Source: a virus (lineage: Duplodnaviria > Caudoviricetes). From it: 44,707 nt of DNA. The position numbers and the translations under genes were made by a program. This document shows positions 1 to 7,646 of this stretch, in pieces (position 1 is the stretch's first letter; every line of letters starts with the position of its first letter). A model generated the notes under the pieces. It saw nothing but the letters and a program-made list of their open reading frames with translations, had not been told where the DNA came from and made no database searches. The stretch is from positions 1 to 44,707 of IMG/VR virus record IMGVR_UViG_3300030332_001221, one strand, 5' to 3'.

Positions 1-28
1 TGACTTACGTATATCAGTTATATACAGT
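1..28 (+). promoter_or_regulatory. Putative sigma70 promoter of the early gene array (-35 clipped by window edge)
   Basis: [T]TGACT at 1-5, 17-nt spacer, TACAGT at 23-28; imperfect palindrome TGACT..GTATAT/ATATAC..AGTCA across 1-30. Confidence 0.45.
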
Positions 29-120
29 CATGGTTATCGAGGGGCTCTGGATAGCCAATAGGCCGCCACCCTAAAGCAAAGCAATCCTTTGGATGTGTCA
101 ATCCAAACCTGGAGAAAATT

Positions 121-345
121 ATGACTAAGTTTCACTATAGCATACAGGGACTTTTACCAAGTGGGTGTGCACATATTTACCCTATTTCTCGCAAACGATT
201 CCGCCGCCTCGCCAAAAAGACCAAGTTTAGCCGCGATTGGCTGTTTCCTAAAATCCGCATCGGCAGCATCAAACAAGCCTCGGCAAAAGAATTAGCGAAA
301 GGATACACCTATACGGCTATAGAGATTTCTATCCGTGCCATATAA
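121..345 (+). CDS. Early hypothetical protein, basic, 74 aa
   Basis: ATG preceded by GGAGAAAA SD; first gene of array. Confidence 0.7.
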   Translation: MTKFHYSIQGLLPSGCAHIYPISRKRFRRLAKKTKFSRDWLFPKIRIGSIKQASAKELAKGYTYTAIEISIRAI

Positions 346-350
346 CCACC

Positions 351-374
351 AGTGTCAAGCTTAGGCTTGGCACT
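351..374 (+). other. Intergenic hairpin
   Basis: AGTGTCAAGC-TTAG-GCTTGGCACT, 10-bp stem with one G-U, between gene 1 stop and next SD. Confidence 0.6.
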
Positions 375-412
375 TCCAAGGTATTGCAAACAACCTACAG
401 GGAGAAAACTTC

Positions 413-589
413 ATGAGAAACATCATCGGAACCTTAATCGGCCTAGCCCTGCGGAAAAGCTCTTTTCGCTTCTCCAAGAACTATCGCTGGGGCACGACAA
501 TCTATCATCGCGCCGTTTACGCAATGGTCGACACCATCGGCGCAAACATTACCGCCGGTCTGGACGACGGATATTACCGCCTCCCTTAA
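413..589 (+). CDS. Early hypothetical protein, 58 aa (MRNIIGTLIGLALRKSSFRF...DDGYYRLP), absent from ORF track
   Basis: Own translation; GGAGAAAA SD at 401-408; TAA stop is the start of repeat copy 1. Confidence 0.75.
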   Translation: MRNIIGTLIGLALRKSSFRFSKNYRWGTTIYHRAVYAMVDTIGANITAGLDDGYYRLP

Positions 590-640
590 ATCCCTTTCAA
601 CCCACGCCGGTCCCTGACCGGCGTCTTTTGAAGTAGATTT
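587..640 (+). repeat. Structured intergenic repeat, copy 1
   Basis: AATCCCTTTCAA-CCC-ACGCCGGTC-CCT-GACCGGCGT-CTT-TTGAAGTAGATT. Confidence 0.9.
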
Positions 641-669
641 ATAAAACAACCAAACCAGGAGAAACCGAC

Positions 670-1065
670 ATGCTCGACAAAAAAGAATACCAAGCAATGA
701 AAACAAATCTAACAATTTATGAGAACTGGTCAGAACAATTCAAACAACCCAATGGTTGGACCGTCATTCCCAAAGCCGCAATACCGCCCGTGAGACTATC
801 AAACGACGATAGAAGCGAAATTGAACACTATGAGTTCTTTCACAACCCTCCCGATAAATACCTATTATACGTGAACGAAAACACGTCACTCGGCACCACA
901 TGGACAGGCCAAAAACTTGGCCGCGTATATTTCGGAAACGCCTACCGGTCAAACTTTGGTGACAAACGCCAAACCATTAACTTTGTCGGCATCAACGGCA
1001 AACGGTATCACGGAACCTATTACAAAGACGCGGGAAACTACGCCCGGATCAAAGCCTACGTCTAA
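670..1065 (+). CDS. Early hypothetical protein, 131 aa
   Basis: AGGAGAAA SD; ORF fills space between repeats 1 and 2. Confidence 0.8.
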   Translation: MLDKKEYQAMKTNLTIYENWSEQFKQPNGWTVIPKAAIPPVRLSNDDRSEIEHYEFFHNPPDKYLLYVNENTSLGTTWTGQKLGRVYFGNAYRSNFGDKRQTINFVGINGKRYHGTYYKDAGNYARIKAYV

Positions 1066-1120
1066 ATCCCTTTCAGCTTGCCCCGGTCTTGCACTCACCG
1101 GGGCCTTTTGAAGTGGATTT
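1063..1120 (+). repeat. Structured intergenic repeat, copy 2
   Basis: AATCCCTTTCAG-CTT-GCCCCGGT-CTTGCACTC-ACCGGGGC-CTT-TTGAAGTGGATT. Confidence 0.9.
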
Positions 1121-1147
1121 CCAAAACCTAGCAAAAGGAGAAAAACC

Positions 1148-1456
1148 GTGGAAAAAATAACCATCAACGGCAAAAAACTTGAAGTCCCCGCCGCCGTGGA
1201 ACGAATCATACGCCGACTTGCCAGAAACAACTACATCGGCCTGGTCGACGATTTCCGAGAAGGTTACGGCCGCAACTGCGCAAATCCGGCCGCGAACTGG
1301 CGCGGAATCAACGCCAAGCATTTCGGTTTCGCGGTAAAATCCAAGGCCGGAACCCTTTCGATCAAAGAAAAAAACTGGCGCGCCAAACATCCACGCGCAT
1401 ACTGGGCGGTTGTCGGCAATCCACGCCGAATCAACGCCATCCTTGCTAAAATATAA
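1148..1456 (+). CDS. Early hypothetical protein, 102 aa
   Basis: AAGGAGAAAAA SD, GTG start. Confidence 0.8.
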   Translation: MEKITINGKKLEVPAAVERIIRRLARNNYIGLVDDFREGYGRNCANPAANWRGINAKHFGFAVKSKAGTLSIKEKNWRAKHPRAYWAVVGNPRRINAILAKI

Positions 1457-1485
1457 TCCTTTTCAACCCTCAGACAGAGGAGAAA
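1454..1485 (+). repeat. Truncated (5' half) copy of the intergenic repeat
   Basis: TAATCCTTTTCAACCC followed by short CCTC-AGACA-GAGG hairpin overlapping the next SD. Confidence 0.65.
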
Positions 1486-1488
1486 ACT

Positions 1489-1833
1489 ATGTCCAGACTC
1501 TCAAAATCCCAAACTTTATCGCATTGGCGCGAATTGCCAGACCAGCAAGACCTTAATCCCGACGCCATCCCGTATAAACATCGTGGAACTACTTTCGGTG
1601 CCGACGGCCTACGCATAGAAGGAACCAGAACCTTCGTTGATGCCATCCTGTCCAGGATCAAACCATTGCTCGATGGCGAAAACGGAACCACTAGACTCGG
1701 CCTAAATTATCAGCAGGTTGAATCCAAAGACGGCAAACCAAACGACTTTGCGGGCAATTGGGTTTGCTATGTCAAGATCCACGAACGCGGCCACGAAGCG
1801 CAAATAGCGAATAGCAGGTACGGCCAGATCTAA
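1489..1833 (+). CDS. Early hypothetical protein, 114 aa
   Basis: GAGGAGAAAA SD. Confidence 0.8.
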   Translation: MSRLSKSQTLSHWRELPDQQDLNPDAIPYKHRGTTFGADGLRIEGTRTFVDAILSRIKPLLDGENGTTRLGLNYQQVESKDGKPNDFAGNWVCYVKIHERGHEAQIANSRYGQI

Positions 1834-1882
1834 TCCCTTTCAACCCACGCCGGTCCCTGGCCGGCGTCTTTTGAAGTGGATT
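1831..1882 (+). repeat. Structured intergenic repeat, copy 3
   Basis: 49/51 identical to copy 1. Confidence 0.9.
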
Positions 1883-1909
1883 TTAACTTCATAACCAAAC
1901 CCGGAGAAA

Positions 1910-2368
1910 ATGGAGAAAATCATGAACCATCAAAGAGCCGCTCTCAGAAATTGGCTTAGAGAAAACGATTACCCCGAAACCGCCCACAGCGACATCGAAG
2001 CCTCAGCCTGGAACGATGACGAATTATTTGACGCAAACGGCCACGAATATCTGGTCCTAACCGACAAGCAAGCCGATCAACGCGCCGCCGACGATATCCG
2101 CGAATGCCTATGGGCTTTCAATTATGACTTCGTCGCCGGTCATTCAAAGGCTGCCGCCGCAATCGACGAAGACTCATACCAAAAAATGCAAAGCGTTCAA
2201 TGCGAAAATTTTAACGTCTTCGTGGAAGCCATAATCGACGATATGAAACACTTCATCGATGATGCCATTTCCGCCGACGGGCGGGGACATTTTCTGTCAA
2301 CCTATGACGGAGAAGAGCATGAAGCTAAAGCAAACGGCAAAACCTTCTTCATTTATCAAACAAATTAA
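1910..2368 (+). CDS. Acidic early protein (possible antirestriction/DNA-mimic type)
   Basis: D/E-rich 152 aa, C-terminal ISADGRGHFLSTYDGEE; two tandem GGAGAAAA SD/ATG starts. Confidence 0.7.
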   Translation: MEKIMNHQRAALRNWLRENDYPETAHSDIEASAWNDDELFDANGHEYLVLTDKQADQRAADDIRECLWAFNYDFVAGHSKAAAAIDEDSYQKMQSVQCENFNVFVEAIIDDMKHFIDDAISADGRGHFLSTYDGEEHEAKANGKTFFIYQTN

Positions 2369-2450
2369 AAAAGCCAGAACGCTAACCACGCCAACATTAA
2401 GGCATACGATCCCTATATCTTCCGGCAACCTTACTTGATCTTTTGGCTAC

Positions 2451-2498
2451 TAATCCCTTTCAACCCGCCCCGCTGCAACGGGGCTCTTTGAAGTGGAT
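2451..2498 (+). repeat. Structured intergenic repeat, copy 4
   Basis: AATCCCTTTCAA-CCC-GCCCCG-CTGCAA-CGGGGC-TCT-TTGAAGTGGAT. Confidence 0.9.
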
Positions 2499-2523
2499 CA
2501 ACCAACCAGGAAAGGCCAACAAC

Positions 2524-2652
2524 ATGGAATTAACCCTTTATTCGCTCTGGGCGGCAATTATCATGCTGCCACTCTTCCTCGGTTTCGTTTGCGCCATAAG
2601 TGGCTTAATTCAAACTATTTATTACATCATTCTTGATATGAAAGGAAACTAG
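2524..2652 (+). CDS. Small membrane protein (MELTLYSLW...)
   Basis: Hydrophobic helix; start reassigned downstream of repeat 4. Confidence 0.6.
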   Translation: MELTLYSLWAAIIMLPLFLGFVCAISGLIQTIYYIILDMKGN

Positions 2653-2654
2653 TC

Positions 2655-2849
2655 ATGCCCAGCAAAGTCACCCACATCTCCGGCCGCCGCTGGTTTCAAA
2701 AATCTTACGGCAACACCTGCCACACCACCACCTTGCATTTCGATGATGGCACCAGCAAATTATCACCAATTACCTGGGAATTTACCGACCACGCCAACAT
2801 TAAGGCAAACGATCTCGCCAAAAAACTCTTTGCCGCCCAAAGCGGCTGA
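2655..2849 (+). CDS. Hypothetical protein, possibly a chimeric remnant
   Basis: AAGGA SD; 3' part carries a 27-nt segment duplicated at 2385-2411. Confidence 0.55.
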   Translation: MPSKVTHISGRRWFQKSYGNTCHTTTLHFDDGTSKLSPITWEFTDHANIKANDLAKKLFAAQSG

Positions 2850-2865
2850 AACCATGAAGGAAACC

Positions 2866-3435
2866 ATGATTAAATTTAATGCAAAGACCCTCGCCGCCGT
2901 AGCCTTGGCACAATCAACCGACGCCGGCCGCTATTTCATTTGTGGCGTCCACTTTACCGGCACTCTCGCCGTTGCCACAAACGGCCACCTAATGACCGTC
3001 GGCCATGATCCCGACGCCGACAATCCAAGCGGAATCTTCCCTATTTCAAAAAAAGCCATAACCGCCATGAAAACAGCCGAAACGGTTATCATCGAAAACG
3101 ACATATTAAAAGTTTACCGCCTCGCCAAGACGGAACCTTTTTACCTTGAACCCTGCCAAAAAATCGAAGGTACTTTCCCTGACTGGCAGAGAATATTACC
3201 AACTAAGTTAAGCCAAGATTGCAAAGCCACTTTCGCGGCTCCGGTCATAACCACCCTAGCCGCAACAGCCAAATCGCTCGGTAAACTTGGCCTGCGTATT
3301 ACCGGCACCTCGGCAACCGAAACCCACTGGGTAAACTATCGCCACGACAATGTTTTCTCAATAGCGATGCCCATCGGACCAACTAACCCCGATTCCCTTC
3401 CGCCTTTCGCCCGGCCCGAATGGCTTAAAACCTAG
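2866..3435 (+). CDS. DNA polymerase III beta-clamp-like protein (shortened)
   Basis: RYFICGV..AVATNGHLM and IEGTFPDWQRILP resemble DnaN RYYLNG/VATDGHRL/IDGTFPDYxRVIP; AAGGA SD. Confidence 0.7.
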   Translation: MIKFNAKTLAAVALAQSTDAGRYFICGVHFTGTLAVATNGHLMTVGHDPDADNPSGIFPISKKAITAMKTAETVIIENDILKVYRLAKTEPFYLEPCQKIEGTFPDWQRILPTKLSQDCKATFAAPVITTLAATAKSLGKLGLRITGTSATETHWVNYRHDNVFSIAMPIGPTNPDSLPPFARPEWLKT

Positions 3436-3516
3436 CCCATTTCGGCCTGCCACGTAAAAGCTTTTTGGTTGTCACACTTAAAACGCTGATTGTCTCACCT
3501 AACGAAAGAAATCATC

Positions 3517-3714
3517 ATGACCGAAATCGACATCACAAAGATTGATGCTATTTTAGCGCCAGAAAGCGGCGGTGCGCTAGTAGCCCTGACAGGTCTCAAC
3601 AACACAACGCGCAAGGCTCTTACTGCCAATTTCGGGAAACCGGCCCCTAGCGGGCACCTCGTAACCATCAAAGAGGCGAAAGCCCTTCTCAAGGGAAGAG
3701 TGAATACATCATGA
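3517..3714 (+). CDS. Hypothetical protein
   Basis: ORF from MTEIDIT; ATGA overlap with next ORF. Confidence 0.55.
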   Translation: MTEIDITKIDAILAPESGGALVALTGLNNTTRKALTANFGKPAPSGHLVTIKEAKALLKGRVNTS

Positions 3715-3794
3715 AAATGCAAATTATCCTTGATTCCATCTTTATTATTCTTGCCTGTTTGTCGCCGTTTATTCTAGCGTATCTCTTTGGCTAG
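3711..3794 (+). CDS. Small hydrophobic peptide, 27 aa
   Basis: Own translation MKMQIILDSIFIILACLSPFILAYLFG; ATGA coupling. Confidence 0.4.
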   Translation: MKMQIILDSIFIILACLSPFILAYLFG

Positions 3795-4125
3795 AAAGCA
3801 ATTTCGTTGCCCGTCGTCGGCGAATTGAAAATGCCGACTTCGGCCACCCTAGGCGCTCGACTTCCAAAACTCTACGTCGCAAAAACCCTTGATCTAAATC
3901 AGCTAGCTGACAAATCTCACGCAATCCAGCATCCTCACCACATAGCCATTCCCGCGCCCGTAGCTGAACCAGTTTCTTATTGCGAGGATTATGTATATCA
4001 CCAGCGCCCGCCGTGGCATCAACAAAAGCACGGTAAATCACCGCAAGACATAGGCCAGCCAGACCGCCGGCCGCCAAATCTCCATTAAGCCCCATTAAAT
4101 CCCGATCACAAAAAATGCGCCGCAA
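3769..4125 (-). CDS. Conserved-type phage hypothetical protein
   Basis: AVIYRAFVDA..AREWL..LREICQLADLD pattern; start uncertain. Confidence 0.6.
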   Translation of the reverse strand: MRRIFCDRDLMGLNGDLAAGGLAGLCLAVIYRAFVDATAGAGDIHNPRNKKLVQLRAREWLCGEDAGLREICQLADLDQGFLRRRVLEVERLGWPKSAFSIRRRRATKLLSSQRDTLE

Positions 4126-4186
4126 GCCTTAAAGGCCGGGCGCAATTCATAAGCATGAAAATTATATGTCAAATCGCGTCCCCGTG

Positions 4187-4675
4187 TCAAATGCTTTTTC
4201 GCGCTATCATCGCATAGAGCCCGAGTGCATTCCTGACATACCCTAAAACACAACCATGTCGAAGCCCGAGCATTGTCTCGATTACGCGGAGAGAATAATT
4301 ATCAACGCAAAGCATTAGCACGATATCCAACAACGTTACTCCACCTACACGAATTCTCCCAACGTCATCCATCCATGGCCGATAGCGTAATCTCAACATC
4401 CTCTCCTCTGCCACTGTCATCCGGTCTAGGGGATCAAGAAACGTCCCGCCGCTCTCGTCAACGCGCCCGTCAAACCCCCTCCCGCTGGGATACAGGCCAC
4501 GACACAACGCCGCCCAAACAATCTGGATTTCCTCGGCAGCCGCATACTGCTCGGGAGTAATCCGCCGCCGCTCATAAAGCCGCAAAACCACATCATACCG
4601 CAGTTTTGATGCCGTCTCAGGCGTTGCCCCGCGATCCTCATGCTCGGCGCGGACAGTTTCTGCCCTTGCAGTCAT
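4187..4675 (-). CDS. Putative late transcription regulator (Q-like/DUF6456-like, C-terminal HTH)
   Basis: ITPEQYAAA motif, C-terminal SLRVIETMLGLRHG helix-turn-helix, position at end of replication arm. Confidence 0.55.
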   Translation of the reverse strand: MTARAETVRAEHEDRGATPETASKLRYDVVLRLYERRRITPEQYAAAEEIQIVWAALCRGLYPSGRGFDGRVDESGGTFLDPLDRMTVAEERMLRLRYRPWMDDVGRIRVGGVTLLDIVLMLCVDNYSLRVIETMLGLRHGCVLGYVRNALGLYAMIARKSI

Positions 4676-5487
4676 AACCCAAACTCCCTCAATATTTCCG
4701 CTGGCACACGACTACCTTCAGCGCCCGGCTGAGGAGATCCATACACATCCTCAAACCAGTGGCCGCTCTCAACAAACCCCTTCACCCGTGCTCGCCATTG
4801 ATCCGCCTCCTTCTCAAGTACGGTCTTGAAGTCACCGGCATTCGATGTCGGATCATCCAACCAACGTTCTTGGTTTAACCAAGTTCTTGCTTGAGCGACG
4901 AATTTTTCGGTTACCTTTTCTTGGTCTACAAAGAGGGAATAAGCTTTTGCTGCTTCAATCAAAGTTTTTGGGTCCACCCCTTTTTTGAGAGCAAGGAAAA
5001 ATTTCAATTTTGCTGGTTGCCGAGGATTCGGGAATTGACCTCTGTTGGGATATGCTTTCCAAAATTCATCGAAAAATTCGTTGTTTTTATTCTCTGTATT
5101 GTCTTGTCTTGTCTTGTCTTGTATGCCAGCTTTTGCTGAGCTATTGCCTGGATGTGATTGTTTTTGCTTGCGTTTCTGAGCAGCGGCTTTCGCAACGTCA
5201 GACATCTTTTTTGATCGTCTATCCTGCCTTTCAAGCTCAATATCGCACCTTTTGTGATGCAACCCGTCAGCGTCAGCAGACCAAAAGCAGAGCAATTGCT
5301 CGGCAATTGCTTGGAAGTCATTGACAGATATACCAATTATCCTTGCCAAAGCTGCATGATTATTGGGCAACGGCGCTCGTGTTTCCATATAATGGTCAAT
5401 CATGCGCCTGTAGGCCCCATCTTCCGCTAATGTCAAATGTAGGGTGTCGGCACGGTAGAGTGTCGGATACCAGGGATACCATTCCAT
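4672..5487 (-). CDS. Replication initiator, DUF1376/YdaU family
   Basis: WYPWYPTLYRADTLHLTLAEDGAYRRMID N-terminus; FDEFWKAYP and ARTWLNQERWLD C-terminal motifs. Confidence 0.8.
   Translation of the reverse strand: MEWYPWYPTLYRADTLHLTLAEDGAYRRMIDHYMETRAPLPNNHAALARIIGISVNDFQAIAEQLLCFWSADADGLHHKRCDIELERQDRRSKKMSDVAKAAAQKRKQKQSHPGNSSAKAGIQDKTRQDNTENKNNEFFDEFWKAYPNRGQFPNPRQPAKLKFFLALKKGVDPKTLIEAAKAYSLFVDQEKVTEKFVAQARTWLNQERWLDDPTSNAGDFKTVLEKEADQWRARVKGFVESGHWFEDVYGSPQPGAEGSRVPAEILREFGL
5099..5313. repeat. Candidate iterons / replication origin inside initiator gene
   Basis: (TTGTC)4 at 5099-5118; 11-bp-period pairs AGCTTTTGC/AGCTATTGC at 5128-5147 and GCAATTGC x2 at 5292-5310. Confidence 0.45.
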
Positions 5488-5533
5488 GCGGGTTGTCCCT
5501 CAAATCAGTTGGACCGCGCCACAAGAAAAGTGT

Positions 5534-5594
5534 GGCGGGAGGTTAACCACCAATGAGGACTGGCACGGGGCGTTACCGCTTGCCGCCTCCCGCC
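5534..5594 (-). ncRNA. c4-like (c4-2 type) antisense RNA
   Basis: GGCGGGAGG/CCTCCCGCC closing stem; internal GTCCTCAT and GGTTAA complementary to upstream ATGAGGAC and TTAACC; preceded by CGGCGTTTTTTTCATGCC. Confidence 0.6.
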
Positions 5595-5669
5595 GGTAAA
5601 AAGGCATGAAAAAAACGCCGTGTCGGGGGCGATGATCCGTCCTCATAGAGAGGTTAATCTCTAACATCA

Positions 5670-5698
5670 TGTATATTTCTTTTCGGTTATATGGTCAA
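5670..5698 (-). promoter_or_regulatory. Putative promoter for c4-like RNA and initiator
   Basis: TTGACC-N17-TATACA on minus strand. Confidence 0.55.
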
Positions 5699-5718
5699 GC
5701 ACAAAACATGTACGCTTA

Positions 5719-5862
5719 TTACCTATATGCCTTAATAATACCGCCAGCGACAGAGCCTTTCTTGAAGACAGCCTTAAAAAATTTCTTCCGTGCTTTCAGG
5801 AGGCGTTTCTGTTTTCTTTGCCGGCTCTTTCGCTTTTTCTTGCCTACGCTAGCTGTCCTCAT
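5719..5862 (-). CDS. Small Lys/Arg-rich protein
   Basis: MRTASVGKKKRKSRQRKQKR...; fills the gap in the operon. Confidence 0.4.
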   Translation of the reverse strand: MRTASVGKKKRKSRQRKQKRLLKARKKFFKAVFKKGSVAGGIIKAYR

Positions 5863-6271
5863 ATTTAAACGGTGCTGGATTTTTGTCAGCCCACCGCGCC
5901 CACCTCTCACAAATTCCGACTAATTTTTTTTTGGTAAGCTGCCCCCTGTATATCTTTGTCTTGGTCCCACTCGGCCAATGAATCTCACATTCAATAGGAT
6001 CTTTTTTACCCCACAAAAAAACTACCATGTGATACCCCTTCGCCCACAACTGTAGGAGAGCCTTCTTTTGTCCCTTGGGGATTAATACGCCCTCGCGCTT
6101 GGTTTCAATCACCATATGCTGCCCTCCAATTTCCACATGCGCATCAATGTCCATAAATCGAATATTTCGCCCAGTGCCCCGCTGGAATCCGACATTCAGA
6201 TAGTCCCAGAAAAACTGCCCATCGAATTTCGCTGGCTCATCTTCGAGGAATTTATCTTTGCTATGTAGCAT
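5849..6271 (-). CDS. Hypothetical protein, possible PD-(D/E)xK fold
   Basis: MDIDAHVE..MVIETK pattern. Confidence 0.55.
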   Translation of the reverse strand: MLHSKDKFLEDEPAKFDGQFFWDYLNVGFQRGTGRNIRFMDIDAHVEIGGQHMVIETKREGVLIPKGQKKALLQLWAKGYHMVVFLWGKKDPIECEIHWPSGTKTKIYRGQLTKKKLVGICERWARWADKNPAPFKYEDS

Positions 6272-7217
6272 CGCATTCCATCACAAGCCCAAAGGCTCCG
6301 AATAGATCAGCGAATGTCTGGATATCATCACCAAAATAAAAAAAGGTCTGCCCATTGGTTGGCTGTGATAATTGGCCATCAGCCTTGTAAAAATTAATGC
6401 GGCCGGCAGTGAAACATACAGCGGTCGCCATAGTCGCGGCACGATGCCACCATTTGGTGTCGGTGTTGTTGTTGGTCAGTAATATCGCCGCCGTCACGTC
6501 ACCAGCTTCAATTTCATTGCAAAGCTTGTCGATAAAATGAGCAATGGTTGGATGGGCATATGGCGGGTTGAGGAAGACCCTGCCTTTCCATTCTTGAAGA
6601 AGACCATCCTCTCCTTCGTCAAACCATTCGCTGGCTCCTACGGTCTTCTGAGCGATGGCATTTGATGCCGGGTCAAGATCGATACGGCCCATAACGTTAC
6701 GAGCCGCATCAATGTATTTCGCCGGAGTATACGATTCAGGGTCGCCGGTCCATTTGGTGGCGATAACATTATCGCCCTCTCGCAAGAGATTGGTTGTGAC
6801 ACGCTCCGTCTCCGCCGAAACGCGGTCCCGCCACTCGCCCAACATGCCCTCGAATTTGCCTTCCGGCACGGCGGCGAGCTTCTGTGCTCGGCTGGATAGT
6901 TTCTTGTCGATACCGGCTTCGGCAAGGGTTGGTGGTCTGGAAATTGGTTCCTCGTCGGAACCAATTTTTCTGGGACGCCCAGCCGGAGCCAAGCCCACTG
7001 TTTCCTTTTGCGCCGTGATAAGCTCGCCCAGCCGCCGCTCCGCCCGCATGCGAATTTCAGCCATGTCAATCTCGCCCTGGCGGTTTTTGGACTGCCGGGC
7101 ATATATTCGCATTGCATCTGCCCTGTCGTGTATATCCTTGGCTTCATCGGCAGACTTGGCTATGGCTATCGCCTTGCAGGCCGCATCATATTTAACAAGT
7201 ATATTCGCTGTTATCAT
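6261..7217 (-). CDS. DNA N6-adenine methyltransferase (phage Dam type) with helical N-terminal domain
   Basis: YTP..IDLDPAS..DGL..W.G.VFLNPPY motifs. Confidence 0.85.
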   Translation of the reverse strand: MITANILVKYDAACKAIAIAKSADEAKDIHDRADAMRIYARQSKNRQGEIDMAEIRMRAERRLGELITAQKETVGLAPAGRPRKIGSDEEPISRPPTLAEAGIDKKLSSRAQKLAAVPEGKFEGMLGEWRDRVSAETERVTTNLLREGDNVIATKWTGDPESYTPAKYIDAARNVMGRIDLDPASNAIAQKTVGASEWFDEGEDGLLQEWKGRVFLNPPYAHPTIAHFIDKLCNEIEAGDVTAAILLTNNNTDTKWWHRAATMATAVCFTAGRINFYKADGQLSQPTNGQTFFYFGDDIQTFADLFGAFGLVMECDAT

Positions 7218-7431
7218 ACGCACCCCCCGGCAAGTCTGGCAACAACATCCAATAGGTAGGATCAAAGGACGTTAACGAAACATACCTACTGTAAAGCTGG
7301 CACGCTGGTTCCCACTTCTCACCCTCGGTCCATCCTCCACCGATCCACGATGCAGCAGTTATGTGTTTACGGTCGGCGATCAGAATTATTGTCCCGTCGT
7401 GGGGTGCTGTATCAATTGGTTGCCAGTTCAT
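7192..7431 (-). CDS. DUF551-like protein
   Basis: WQPIDTAPHDGT..IL and PTYWMLLPDLP. Confidence 0.75.
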   Translation of the reverse strand: MNWQPIDTAPHDGTIILIADRKHITAASWIGGGWTEGEKWEPACQLYSRYVSLTSFDPTYWMLLPDLPGGAYDNSEYTC

Positions 7432-7643
7432 TATGCAGTCCCCGCTTTTTCTGAATTTACATCAACCCCAGCTGGCAAAAGCCTTAATTCAACAGTTCCA
7501 TTTTTCCAGTCAATGCAAGATGCCAGATTGAATGGGCCAATCGGCGGGTCGCTTCTTGTGAGCTTGACATAGCCGCCCTTCATGTGGACGAGCTTCGCCA
7601 AAGCTTCCAGCACTAGGTCCGGTCGGGCTGTAAATTGGCTCAT
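7431..7643 (-). CDS. Hypothetical protein
   Basis: Operon fit with stop/start coupling. Confidence 0.6.
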   Translation of the reverse strand: MSQFTARPDLVLEALAKLVHMKGGYVKLTRSDPPIGPFNLASCIDWKNGTVELRLLPAGVDVNSEKAGTA

Positions 7644-7646
7644 GCT

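Noticed and set aside
352-636. 94-aa ORF from the track
   Set aside because: No SD and it runs through repeat 1; 413-589 has a strong SD and fits the cassette pattern.
587-2498. Early repeats as a CRISPR array or integron attC sites
   Set aside because: Intervening segments are whole genes of variable length, there are no cas or integrase genes, and no RYYYAAC/GTTRRRY ends.
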